DNA of 44,352 bases from a virus (taxonomy: Duplodnaviria > Caudoviricetes), in IMG/VR virus record IMGVR_UViG_3300032247_000719, positions 1 to 44,352 of that record; one strand, given 5' to 3'. The translations under genes were made by a program, and so were the position numbers. Each line of letters begins with the position of its first letter. The first letter of the stretch is position 1. Below, piece after piece: positions 18,220 to 26,390 of the stretch. The notes under the pieces are model-generated. The model was not told the origin of the DNA, ran no database searches, and saw nothing but the letters and a program-made list of their open reading frames with translations.

Positions 18220-19088
18220 TAGACTACTCCTAGTTGTGAATACCAAGCATCCGAACCAATGACAGCATTAAGAGCATTGGATAAAAGAACATGGCCAGTG
18301 GTTGTTGGATGCACATTGTCGCTGAATCCTGCCATGCCAGCAGTGGAGTCACCAGCAGTTGAGAAGCCTGTTCCTGCAATCGTGAACTGGTTAGCGTTCA
18401 CCAATGTAATTACTGGAGTGTATGTTGCTCCGCTGTAAGTCACATTGTAGGTCGACTGAGCAGAGCCACGAATACTGATTTGTGCGCCAGTAGCAAGGCC
18501 ATGAGCAGTAGCATTCACAGTCATCAAGGTTGATGTGGCAGTGATTGACTGAATGTTGAAGTAAGGCATTGACGATTTTAGACCAGCATTATCGGTAGCC
18601 CACGCCTGATCAAAACGACACACAGTCACAGGGCTAGTCGAAGTGTTGAGTGACGTAGCCAAGCTAGTGCAAATAGTCACATAGTCACCAAGAGTTGAAC
18701 GGTTAGGATCAATGCTTGGCGGTGGGGTACAGATAACAACACGAACGCTTGGATTTATCGTACGAAGTCGGGCAATAATGTTTGTGAGGTTAGTCTGATA
18801 GGTCGAGGTTGATACCTGTGAACCTGCAGCATCATTCATGCCTAGACAGATAGTCGCTAGGTCTGCACGAATGTTGCCCCAAAAGTTTCGATTGTTCCAG
18901 ATGGTTGTTGAGGTTGCACCACCAGTACCCTTATTGACAAACTGGATGTTTCCCTTATTGTCACGAATCCACTTGGCAGTTAAGAAGTTGTAATGAGTGC
19001 CATCGTTCAAGACTGGTGCAGTTGTTCCATAGATACTGTTCCAACTGATTGAATCACCAATGGATAAGAAAGTTCCACCACGATACAT
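18219..19088 (-). CDS. SGNH/GDSL hydrolase (esterase/deacetylase) with inserted beta-barrel
   Basis: Blocks GDSIS, G.GG, LGMND, DNVHP...GH; insert containing TAHGLATG..ISI.G before block V. Confidence 0.88.
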   Translation of the reverse strand: MYRGGTFLSIGDSISWNSIYGTTAPVLNDGTHYNFLTAKWIRDNKGNIQFVNKGTGGATSTTIWNNRNFWGNIRADLATICLGMNDAAGSQVSTSTYQTNLTNIIARLRTINPSVRVVICTPPPSIDPNRSTLGDYVTICTSLATSLNTSTSPVTVCRFDQAWATDNAGLKSSMPYFNIQSITATSTLMTVNATAHGLATGAQISIRGSAQSTYNVTYSGATYTPVITLVNANQFTIAGTGFSTAGDSTAGMAGFSDNVHPTTTGHVLLSNALNAVIGSDAWYSQLGVV

Positions 19089-19600
19089 TAAACGTCACCC
19101 CTAGCGATTTCGATACCGGTGACATTTGCTCGATAGTTTCCAGCAGTAGGGCCGCCGATGCGAACAATGATTTGGCCATCAAAACCTGAACCGTCACCAG
19201 ATGTTAAAAATACTGAACCATCTGGATACCAAGTGAAAGGTGTGCTGGCTTTCACGAATCCACCTTGCTCCGTGTATTGTGTAGTGTTATCAGTAGTCGG
19301 CCAAAATACGGCAATCCATACTTCGGCATCAACAGTCGTCGAAACGGTAATTGCTTGTGGATAAAACACATGGCCAAGAGTTGGAAACTTGTTAGTTGAC
19401 GAACCAGACATGTTGTATTGCGCTGTGTAAGTGCCATAAGAACCAGCAGCAAAAGAAGTCGAGTTTTTTGTAATCGAACGAACACGACCTAAACGTCCAA
19501 GCCTTGCCCAAAAGTTTTCCCGTTCAGAAACAACTTGCTGCCCTTCATAGGTAGCGAATGGGTTCTCAAGATTATTGACATTAACATTCCGTGTAGGCAT
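19088..19600 (-). CDS. Hypothetical beta-rich virion protein
   Basis: 170 aa ORF coupled within the fibre cluster. Confidence 0.7.
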   Translation of the reverse strand: MPTRNVNVNNLENPFATYEGQQVVSERENFWARLGRLGRVRSITKNSTSFAAGSYGTYTAQYNMSGSSTNKFPTLGHVFYPQAITVSTTVDAEVWIAVFWPTTDNTTQYTEQGGFVKASTPFTWYPDGSVFLTSGDGSGFDGQIIVRIGGPTAGNYRANVTGIEIARGDV

Positions 19601-20038
19601 TTAAAACCCCCAGTAGTAGAAATTTGAACCATCAGAAAAAATAGTGACGTCATCAATACCAGGCCCCAAAGTAGGATTAGTATCAGATTCAATTGTACCA
19701 ACAATTGTAATTTTATTAGCGCCCGTATCTATTTTTTTAAATAAGAAGCGTCTACCTGTACAAGCACTGGCTGCAGGTAGCGTAAAACTAAATGCTCCGC
19801 CAGATGAATTGCCAGTAATGATTTCATCTGTTGGCAAAACAGTGTAGTTAGCCGTTTTTGCTTTTACGACATACGTATGACCAATTGGGTTATCAGTAGT
19901 ATCTGCCCAAAGTATTGAAGTATCTGCAGGAGCAGTAGCAGAGATGCTGACGCCAGCAGGACCTTGAGGACCTATAGTAGTACCGGATACAATAACCGGA
20001 GGGTTATTTGGGTCCTGTACAATAACTACTTCTGTCAT
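19601..20038 (-). CDS. Fibre adaptor protein
   Basis: V.V...GPQGPAG, TAP.DT..LWADT, C-terminal KTANYTV...TLP.A....GR....KK...SDG.N domain. Confidence 0.7.
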   Translation of the reverse strand: MTEVVIVQDPNNPPVIVSGTTIGPQGPAGVSISATAPADTSILWADTTDNPIGHTYVVKAKTANYTVLPTDEIITGNSSGGAFSFTLPAASACTGRRFLFKKIDTGANKITIVGTIESDTNPTLGPGIDDVTIFSDGSNFYYWGF

Positions 20039-21216
20039 GGCGTCTCCGTGATCTGCTTATTAGCAAATACCAAGCCCCGGACGTAGGTCTGGTTAAAGGA
20101 ACCGTCTTCCTTGTAGACCTGTAGATCCCAGAAAGACTTTAGCGGCAGATTCTCAGTCTGAGCTCCGGTCATAGAGAGATAAATCTTAGAGATTTTATTA
20201 ACAGTATCAATGCTAATATTAGTAATCGTAAAGGTACCAGCTAGGGTTGGGCTTTCAGGGTAGGTTCTAACCTGAGCTAGAAGTTTGTAGCTGGTGATAT
20301 CAAGAGGCAGATCAAACTCCACCTTAATAGTATCTCCCTGAGTAAGTACCCAGTCATAAACACCAACATTATCAGGTAGAGGAGTTCTGCCCTTGAGGTT
20401 GTTCTCAATGTAAACGCGCTCAGGCTTACTGGTATCGTCAATCTCTTGAGACATGTAGATAGGTACAAGCTTATTAGTTGTACGAGATACCCGGCGTAGA
20501 ACGCCCATCTCAATGCGCCATAGCCCGATATTAAGGGCCGCACATAGCTCGTTGTACTGGTACTTACGCGCTGTAATAATACTACTTAGCTGAGAGAAGC
20601 GCTGAGCTCTAGGGATATGAATACCGTCTGGAGCAGAGATATCGATATCAAATGCTGCATCCGTAGCCAAAGCCCACAGAGCCTCAATAGCGGCTAGTAG
20701 AGCTACGGGGTATACCTCAATTTCAGGAAGAAGGGCTAAGGTGTATTCTCGACCATAGCTATCTGTCCGGTTAGAGGTGTGCTGTAAAACAGCTGTGTTG
20801 ACATAGCTAATGATGTCTTTATTAGAGAAGTACCTATAGTGGGTACCGGAGACTGTAATAGCAGCTCCGCTAGCTGGAGCGGTGGTAAAATGGATAACTC
20901 CCTGGTCAGCTTCCACATAGAAATCTGGGCCCTGAGCTAGGTAAGACGATGAGGAGCCCACCTTGACCGCTACAAGGGGAGTAGTAGCCAAGATACCGGT
21001 TGGTCCTGTAGTGGCGATACCGGCCGTTGTAGTGCCTACAGTAGTAGCTGTAGAGCCGGATACTGATGTAACAACTAGGTAGGCGGGCTCAACCGGCTTT
21101 ACCTTTAGGTAAAAGTCCTTTGTAATACCATCCCCGGTTAAGTTAGTAGTAAATTGAGTCGGCAAATCCCCAAGTTCAGTACGAACTTTTGCGACTAAAT
21201 CTGTAAGGGTGGCCAC
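20035..21216 (-). CDS. Head-tail adaptor/neck protein with C-terminal BppU-like Ig domain
   Basis: L.DL...VR.ELGD N-terminus; C-terminal QGDT.......DIT...L.AQVR...WDLQ.....T...G; GTG start with RBS AAGGAG. Confidence 0.6.
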   Translation of the reverse strand: MATLTDLVAKVRTELGDLPTQFTTNLTGDGITKDFYLKVKPVEPAYLVVTSVSGSTATTVGTTTAGIATTGPTGILATTPLVAVKVGSSSSYLAQGPDFYVEADQGVIHFTTAPASGAAITVSGTHYRYFSNKDIISYVNTAVLQHTSNRTDSYGREYTLALLPEIEVYPVALLAAIEALWALATDAAFDIDISAPDGIHIPRAQRFSQLSSIITARKYQYNELCAALNIGLWRIEMGVLRRVSRTTNKLVPIYMSQEIDDTSKPERVYIENNLKGRTPLPDNVGVYDWVLTQGDTIKVEFDLPLDITSYKLLAQVRTYPESPTLAGTFTITNISIDTVNKISKIYLSMTGAQTENLPLKSFWDLQVYKEDGSFNQTYVRGLVFANKQITETP

Positions 21217-21240
21217 ACATACTCCTTAGATACTACTATA

Positions 21241-21276
21241 AATGATGCCCTATTATCAGGGAAATTTCAGGCTAAA
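21241..21276 (-). promoter_or_regulatory. Putative late promoter
   Basis: TTTAGCCTGAA-N13-TAGGGCATCATT, one of four aligned copies. Confidence 0.55.
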
Positions 21277-21277
21277 A

Positions 21278-21306
21278 TGAAAGAAGCGGGCCGAAGCCCG
21301 CTCTTC
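21278..21306 (-). terminator. Intrinsic terminator
   Basis: AGCGGGC-TTCG-GCCCGCT with cUUCGg loop followed by TCTTTCATTTT. Confidence 0.82.
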
Positions 21307-21316
21307 CGTAAACCTT

Positions 21317-21685
21317 TTAGATGACCCCTGCGAGGTAACCCTTTTCTTCAAGGTGGCGAGCTAGGTCTCTAGAAACCTTGTACTTCTTACCGGCTTCAAA
21401 TGAGTAATAGTTCCCCGCACCAAAGGTCATGCTATCAATAGTTTCAACAACTCTGATAGTAACAGTATGATCGCTGTCATCTAGGACAGTGGGCTCGTCT
21501 ACGATAATCGTAGCGCGATTAGGTGTAGTAGCATCAACAACTTCGGTATCTAGAGCGATAGCCTTTTGAGCTGTAGCCATAGCCATAGTGTTTGCTGCTT
21601 CTTGCTGCTGCTCTGCGAAATCCGCCTGCAGCTTTTCACGCTGACGACCAGTTGCGTCAGTCGGTTTTGCTTTTGATGTTGCCAT
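21317..21685 (-). CDS. Hypothetical protein downstream of MCP (head assembly/decoration candidate)
   Basis: 122 aa, RBS GGAG; C-terminal F..GKKYKV...LA.HL..KGY. Confidence 0.75.
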   Translation of the reverse strand: MATSKAKPTDATGRQREKLQADFAEQQQEAANTMAMATAQKAIALDTEVVDATTPNRATIIVDEPTVLDDSDHTVTIRVVETIDSMTFGAGNYYSFEAGKKYKVSRDLARHLEEKGYLAGVI

Positions 21686-21711
21686 TAGTATTCTCCGTTG
21701 TTAGTGTATGT

Positions 21712-21744
21712 AAAGATAGAGAGGGGCCCGAAGGCCCCCCTCTA
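21712..21744 (-). terminator. Terminator/attenuator after major capsid gene
   Basis: AGAGGGGGGCC-TTCG-GGCCCCTCTCT then ATCTTT. Confidence 0.75.
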
Positions 21745-21750
21745 AGGGGC

Positions 21751-22821
21751 TTAGTTGGTTTCTGCAACCACGATAGCCTGGTCGGTGATTAGACCAAGAC
21801 CGAAGATCGAGTACCATGCAAGTGCATGCTCACGACCGAAGTCAAGGATACCACCGTCGCGCAATTCCACAGGAAGTGAGATAGCGTGACCGAAGGCGTT
21901 GTCACCGATGAAGATCGCATCGTAGCGATCGTTAGCGCCATCACCAATGAAGGTGTTAGGCGTGGTGTAGCCACCGCCAGCTGATACAACTGGGTTAGCA
22001 ACAGCAGAATCTGCCGTGTAACCTGAACCAGCACCGCCAGGAACCTTGCGGACCTGAGTGGTTTCGATGAATACGGTGTCGTACAAACGGCCGATTTCAC
22101 CAAGCATGAAGTTACCTGGAGCGGCGTACTTCGAAACTTCGATGAATTCTGGGTTGTCACGAAGAGCACGGCTCTGGTGAGGGTGTACGAATGCAACGTA
22201 GGTTTCGCCCAGTCTTGGGATATTCTTGGTTGCAAGGGTCTCTACAGCATCCTTAACGGTTGCAGTAGTAAGGCCGTAACCGCCGGTTAGGCTAGCACGG
22301 GTTGTACCCTTGGTGCCCTTGTCGTACCAGTTGTTAACAGCGCTGGTAGTTCCGCGATCGTAACCGTAGATAACTGACGTTGCACCGTAAAGGGTGTCGC
22401 GTGAGATCTGATCTAGGTAGATAGCCATGTTGCGACCAAGAAGACGTGAGGCAGAAGCCATAACATCATCGAAAGAAGCATTGAGGAGGAGTTCAGATAC
22501 GGCAAGTGCGTAGCCGTGCTCTGAAACGGTGATGCTGAACTGCTGTGCAGTCAAAGCATTTGTTGTCATACGGACACCTTCAACCAATGGCTGTGCAAAG
22601 CCAAGGTTGTTGTATCGCATGAAGTTGATCTGAAGACCTGGTGCAACACCAAGTTCAGTCTTCTTAACAGCAAACTGTTCGAAACGCAGAATTGGCATAG
22701 CCTGGAAAAGAATTTCCTTTGACCAGATCTGCTGGATCGCCTGAGTTAGCTGCGAGTTGGCGCCTGAATAGGCGGTTGGTGACGCGGCGAGATTGCCGGT
22801 ACCCGTTAATGCGCTAGCCAC
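21751..22821 (-). CDS. Major capsid protein (N4-gp56-like family)
   Basis: WSKEILFQAMP.LRFEQFA, L.EGV, YVAFVHP.Q...LR, GEIG.L....FIET; follows scaffold; strong codon bias. Confidence 0.93.
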   Translation of the reverse strand: MASALTGTGNLAASPTAYSGANSQLTQAIQQIWSKEILFQAMPILRFEQFAVKKTELGVAPGLQINFMRYNNLGFAQPLVEGVRMTTNALTAQQFSITVSEHGYALAVSELLLNASFDDVMASASRLLGRNMAIYLDQISRDTLYGATSVIYGYDRGTTSAVNNWYDKGTKGTTRASLTGGYGLTTATVKDAVETLATKNIPRLGETYVAFVHPHQSRALRDNPEFIEVSKYAAPGNFMLGEIGRLYDTVFIETTQVRKVPGGAGSGYTADSAVANPVVSAGGGYTTPNTFIGDGANDRYDAIFIGDNAFGHAISLPVELRDGGILDFGREHALAWYSIFGLGLITDQAIVVAETN

Positions 22822-22854
22822 TTGTGACTCCTATATAGTAGTTTATTATTTTGG

Positions 22855-23646
22855 TTAACCGAGAAGGCCGGTTGACTTACCTTGAGCCGCTGGGCTCAGA
22901 ATTTGGTTACGCAGTTTGGCATATTCGTGCATTGGCATATTGGCAATGTCAGCGGCGCTGAGCTGCTTGTTACCAGCTTCAATGTCCAGCGGTCCAGCAT
23001 TCGGAGGAGTAGTAACTCTGGTTCCAGTCATGTCCCGACGTGCAGCTTGCATAGCTTGCTGCACTGATTCTAGGATACTAGAACTCTTAGCCTTTAGTCC
23101 CTGAATACTCGATTCAATTTCTTCAACTGTGTCACCGGTCACCATGTCGATAAGTTCAGGAACAATGTTGTCACGTTCCTGCTCAACACGCTGATTGCGG
23201 TAACCCTGCAATTCTGCAAATGTCTTTTCACGCTCAAGTAGTGCAAAGGCACGCTCACGCTCTTGGCGCTCAAGCTCTAGCTGGTCTGCCCACTCCTGCT
23301 CCTTAACCTTAAGGAGGTCGCGGACTTCAAGCTCTTCCTCTTGCTTACGCTTAGCTTCTTCAGCCTTTTGGGCTTCTAGAGCAGCTTCACGCTCTGCTTC
23401 AACAGCAAAACGACTAGCGCTTTCCTTTTTAATTAGGTCCAGCTCTTCTTTGAGCTTCTCAATCTGAGGATAAAGCTTATCCTTTTCCTGAGAACGAACC
23501 TTAGCGAGGTCTTCCTCCGTATAGAATCTCTGGGTAGTCTCTTTGACTTCCGAAGTTGTTTCTACACTAGTTACTGGCGTAACGTTTGATACTGCCTCAG
23601 CCTCAGCCGCGAAAGCATCTACATCTGCATTTACAGACTTACTCAT
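22855..23646 (-). CDS. Capsid scaffolding protein
   Basis: Glu/Lys coiled coil; C-terminal I..M.M.EYAKLR..IL capsid-binding helix; start ATG 23646 with RBS AAGGA. Confidence 0.85.
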   Translation of the reverse strand: MSKSVNADVDAFAAEAEAVSNVTPVTSVETTSEVKETTQRFYTEEDLAKVRSQEKDKLYPQIEKLKEELDLIKKESASRFAVEAEREAALEAQKAEEAKRKQEEELEVRDLLKVKEQEWADQLELERQERERAFALLEREKTFAELQGYRNQRVEQERDNIVPELIDMVTGDTVEEIESSIQGLKAKSSSILESVQQAMQAARRDMTGTRVTTPPNAGPLDIEAGNKQLSAADIANMPMHEYAKLRNQILSPAAQGKSTGLLG

Positions 23647-23718
23647 GTTTTTCCTTAGTTTTCTAGGGGTCGTTGTCCGAATTATTGTCACAAATGACCT
23701 AACGTTTATTTCTATATT

Positions 23719-23754
23719 AATTTTTCTATAATTATATAGTATTGTCTGGGTAAA
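23719..23754 (-). promoter_or_regulatory. Putative late promoter for scaffold-MCP
   Basis: TTTACCCAGAC-N13-TATAGAAAAATT. Confidence 0.55.
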
Positions 23755-23764
23755 ACTTTACTAT

Positions 23765-25486
23765 TTAATCATTTGTTTCTGACGGAACGCGTCTGTTTGG
23801 TAGCTGTGTTCCGTAAGCCTTTGTTACCAGATCGATGCGCAACTGCTGCTCAGCCTGCTCGCTAGCGATCGTAGCACCATCGATGATCGGCATTGGCATT
23901 GGCATGCCCGCCTCTGGACTTCCTGGAGCGCCACCTGGAGCTGCGCCATTCACAGGAACTGGTTGTCCGCCAAGTCCACCGGATAGCATGCCCGTTAGGC
24001 TAGCGATAGTATTCTCAATCTGAGTCTGTACGAGCTTGACCGCACCGTCTGCCTTAGCATCAAGTAGGAGCTCTGCACGAATCTCTTCAAGCTTTTCAAA
24101 TGGGAATTCTTCACCCAAAGCGCGTAGAGCACCCGCCTTTGATTCCAAGCCCAAAGACATTTTAGTCTGTACTTCGTTAAGGAGAATAAGCTTATCCAAA
24201 GGAAGCGGTGCCTGGAAGTGTACGTAGTTCTGGTAGGTCAGAGGATCATTAGGGTCAAGCATTTGAGCTTCACCAGTCTCTAGCTCACCTTCAACCGCAG
24301 GGTTCCACATAAGTGACTCTGGCTCTTTTAGCGTCAAGTTAAGGAGGATAAGCTCATTGATGCGCTGAATACCACGAGCGTACTGCGCAGTCTTCTGGTG
24401 CCACTTGTTCATCAATGGCTGGAATAGGATAGAAAGCGCAACACCTGAGGTATTAGAGATAGGCTGAGCCTGACCGAGAGCGGTCTCAGGTACACCAGTA
24501 AGTTCGTGCATAGCCTTCTTAATAATGGCTAGGAAGTCCATAGCTCCCTTTAGCCCTACAGCGCCACCTTCTAGGTTCTGGACCTTAGCGTCCTTAGGAA
24601 GGCCGCCCCAAACCTTGTTAGCGCCCTTCTCCAACTGGCTTGCTTTGGCACCTGTGATAACTGTGACTGGGGCTGCGTGGTAGTTGACGATATCCGCAAT
24701 GTCAGTGGATACCTCATTGTATGTGCGGTTTAATGGGATGATGTCGTAGCAGTCCGCGAGGCCCCACGGCGAACCCGAGATTCGGACGTTAGGAATGTGA
24801 ATAACTGGAATAGTACCAAGAGGGTTCGGACGCGAGTCAATAAGTTCATCGTTAATGTACTCCTCAATGATGTCATCTGTAAGGATTTCCGTGTAGGTAA
24901 ATACCTGACGCGTACCTTCTAGAGAGGTGCCCCAAAAGCGGTACTTAAGCTTGAAACGGATTAGGCGCTCACGGTCATGGGGGTGGAACTCCGGGAAGCA
25001 GAAAGACGCGTTCAAAGGAAGGATACGGACCTTACCAGCGTGGAAGCGACCAGTAGGGTCTTGGTAAGCCTCTTCATAGGCAACTTTAACAAAGCAGTCT
25101 CCGGATACAGAGCCCTGCTGACCCATCTCCCAAAGGACGGTACTCTTGTTGTTATCTACTTCCCACACACGCTCAAGTAGGTCGGGGACAATACCTTCGG
25201 TCTGCTTAGGGCTTCTGAACTGGACGCCCTTGCTGAAGGAGAAGTTAATGATGTAATCTGTAAAAGCTCTGTAGTAGTTGAAAACCATCTGGGTCTCACC
25301 AGCCTGACGGCGATAAGAGGTGTGGTGGCCTAGGTACATAGCCCAGTTAAGTGAGTAACGGTTTAGACGAGGGCCGTGGACCTCAAACTCTTCGTCTGCA
25401 AGCTCTACAAGACCGAGAGGGGAAATGGAGATAGTAAGGTCTGATGACGCCGCTCTATAACTGGGGGGCGAAAAATCAATACTCAC
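23765..25486 (-). CDS. Portal protein (SPP1 gp6-like)
   Basis: NP.G.IPVIHIPN....S.WG.D, SG.AL...FQPL..K motifs; between terminase and scaffold. Confidence 0.92.
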   Translation of the reverse strand: MSIDFSPPSYRAASSDLTISISPLGLVELADEEFEVHGPRLNRYSLNWAMYLGHHTSYRRQAGETQMVFNYYRAFTDYIINFSFSKGVQFRSPKQTEGIVPDLLERVWEVDNNKSTVLWEMGQQGSVSGDCFVKVAYEEAYQDPTGRFHAGKVRILPLNASFCFPEFHPHDRERLIRFKLKYRFWGTSLEGTRQVFTYTEILTDDIIEEYINDELIDSRPNPLGTIPVIHIPNVRISGSPWGLADCYDIIPLNRTYNEVSTDIADIVNYHAAPVTVITGAKASQLEKGANKVWGGLPKDAKVQNLEGGAVGLKGAMDFLAIIKKAMHELTGVPETALGQAQPISNTSGVALSILFQPLMNKWHQKTAQYARGIQRINELILLNLTLKEPESLMWNPAVEGELETGEAQMLDPNDPLTYQNYVHFQAPLPLDKLILLNEVQTKMSLGLESKAGALRALGEEFPFEKLEEIRAELLLDAKADGAVKLVQTQIENTIASLTGMLSGGLGGQPVPVNGAAPGGAPGSPEAGMPMPMPIIDGATIASEQAEQQLRIDLVTKAYGTQLPNRRVPSETND

Positions 25487-25505
25487 TTATAACCTCTTTC
25501 CGAAT

Positions 25506-25533
25506 CTAACATCTATGATAGCACAGATGTTAG
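25506..25533 (-). promoter_or_regulatory. Inverted repeat enclosing an extended -10 (TGCTATCAT) upstream of portal
   Basis: CTAACATCT-GTGCTATCAT-AGATGTTAG on the minus strand. Confidence 0.5.
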
Positions 25534-25841
25534 CCGCGCAGGCGCTCACCGCGGATAAGGCCCTTACCAACAGGCTTAGTAACCTTCTGCTTCATGTTGG
25601 CCACCTTAGCATCCATAGACTCTTGGACGTAATCTCTAAAGCGTGGGTCGATCTCGCTCTTATGAGATACAAACTTCCCACCTACCTGAGCGTAGTGAGA
25701 GTGGACCCAGTGCGCAGCAGCTGGTGATGGATACACGCGAAAGCGGGTCTTAGCTTGTGCAACATACATGTTCCACAGCTTAGCATTAGCAGGGTACTGC
25801 TTAGGGCCTTCTTTTACTTCTTTACCAGAAATGAGTGCCAT
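25530..25841 (-). CDS. Hypothetical basic protein
   Basis: N.KLW.....AK..F..YPS..A..WV...Y...GG.F motif; RBS TAAGGA. Confidence 0.8.
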   Translation of the reverse strand: MALISGKEVKEGPKQYPANAKLWNMYVAQAKTRFRVYPSPAAAHWVHSHYAQVGGKFVSHKSEIDPRFRDYVQESMDAKVANMKQKVTKPVGKGLIRGERLRG

Positions 25842-25855
25842 ATAAATTCCTTAGA

Positions 25856-25886
25856 ACCCCGCCCTGCGTAAGGATCAGGACGGGGT
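25856..25886 (-). other. Strong intergenic RNA hairpin (11-bp stem, no U-tract)
   Basis: ACCCCGTCCTG-ATCCTTACG-CAGGGCGGGGT. Confidence 0.65.
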
Positions 25887-25902
25887 ATCTCTAGGTAGCG
25901 AA

Positions 25903-26307
25903 CTAGTCTTGTACTACAGCTGGATTCAGGCGGTACTGATGTCCACCATCGCGGAAAACTTCCTCGAAGTGGTTATCGCCATGATCCGAGAATGCCTCAG
26001 AAGCAAAGTCACCAAGCATTGCTGGTGCCTCTACCCAAGCAGCAGAACCGACGTGAGCACGCTCACGCATCGTCTCCTCTGGGAACTTTTCAAAAACATT
26101 CTGATTGTGGTTTGGACGACCTGGTGCAGGGATGTAGCCCTGCATTGCGCCCTTCGTGAATTCCATAGGAACGTCACTATCGGTTGCAAGACCCTCTTCA
26201 AAGCGAAGGGGACCGCGCTGACCTGGTAGAGCTGGGCTCAGTGTACGGTCGTAAACGGTACCTGGACGCTCAGGAAGCTGAGGTGCAGGTGCGATGATCT
26301 CTGACAT
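25903..26307 (-). CDS. Hypothetical protein (head morphogenesis region)
   Basis: 134 aa, RBS AAGGAG, codon usage like MCP. Confidence 0.8.
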   Translation of the reverse strand: MSEIIAPAPQLPERPGTVYDRTLSPALPGQRGPLRFEEGLATDSDVPMEFTKGAMQGYIPAPGRPNHNQNVFEKFPEETMRERAHVGSAAWVEAPAMLGDFASEAFSDHGDNHFEEVFRDGGHQYRLNPAVVQD

Positions 26308-26348
26308 ACGAGATTCTCCTTAAGTTAAGGTGTGAAGTACTTCATTAA

Positions 26349-26384
26349 AATTGTGCCCTATTTTTACTCAAAAGTCTGAGTAAA
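26349..26384 (-). promoter_or_regulatory. Putative late promoter
   Basis: TTTACTCAGAC-N13-TAGGGCACAATT. Confidence 0.55.
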
Positions 26385-26390
26385 TCCAAA

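Noticed and set aside
21789-22235. 148-aa alternative-frame ORF inside the major capsid gene
   Set aside because: Explained by strong codon bias of MCP; no RBS or motif.
23647-23705. Autoregulatory RNA stem in the scaffold 5' leader (GGTCA-TTTGT...ACAAC-GACC)
   Set aside because: Pairing is weak and interrupted; cannot be supported without homolog covariation.
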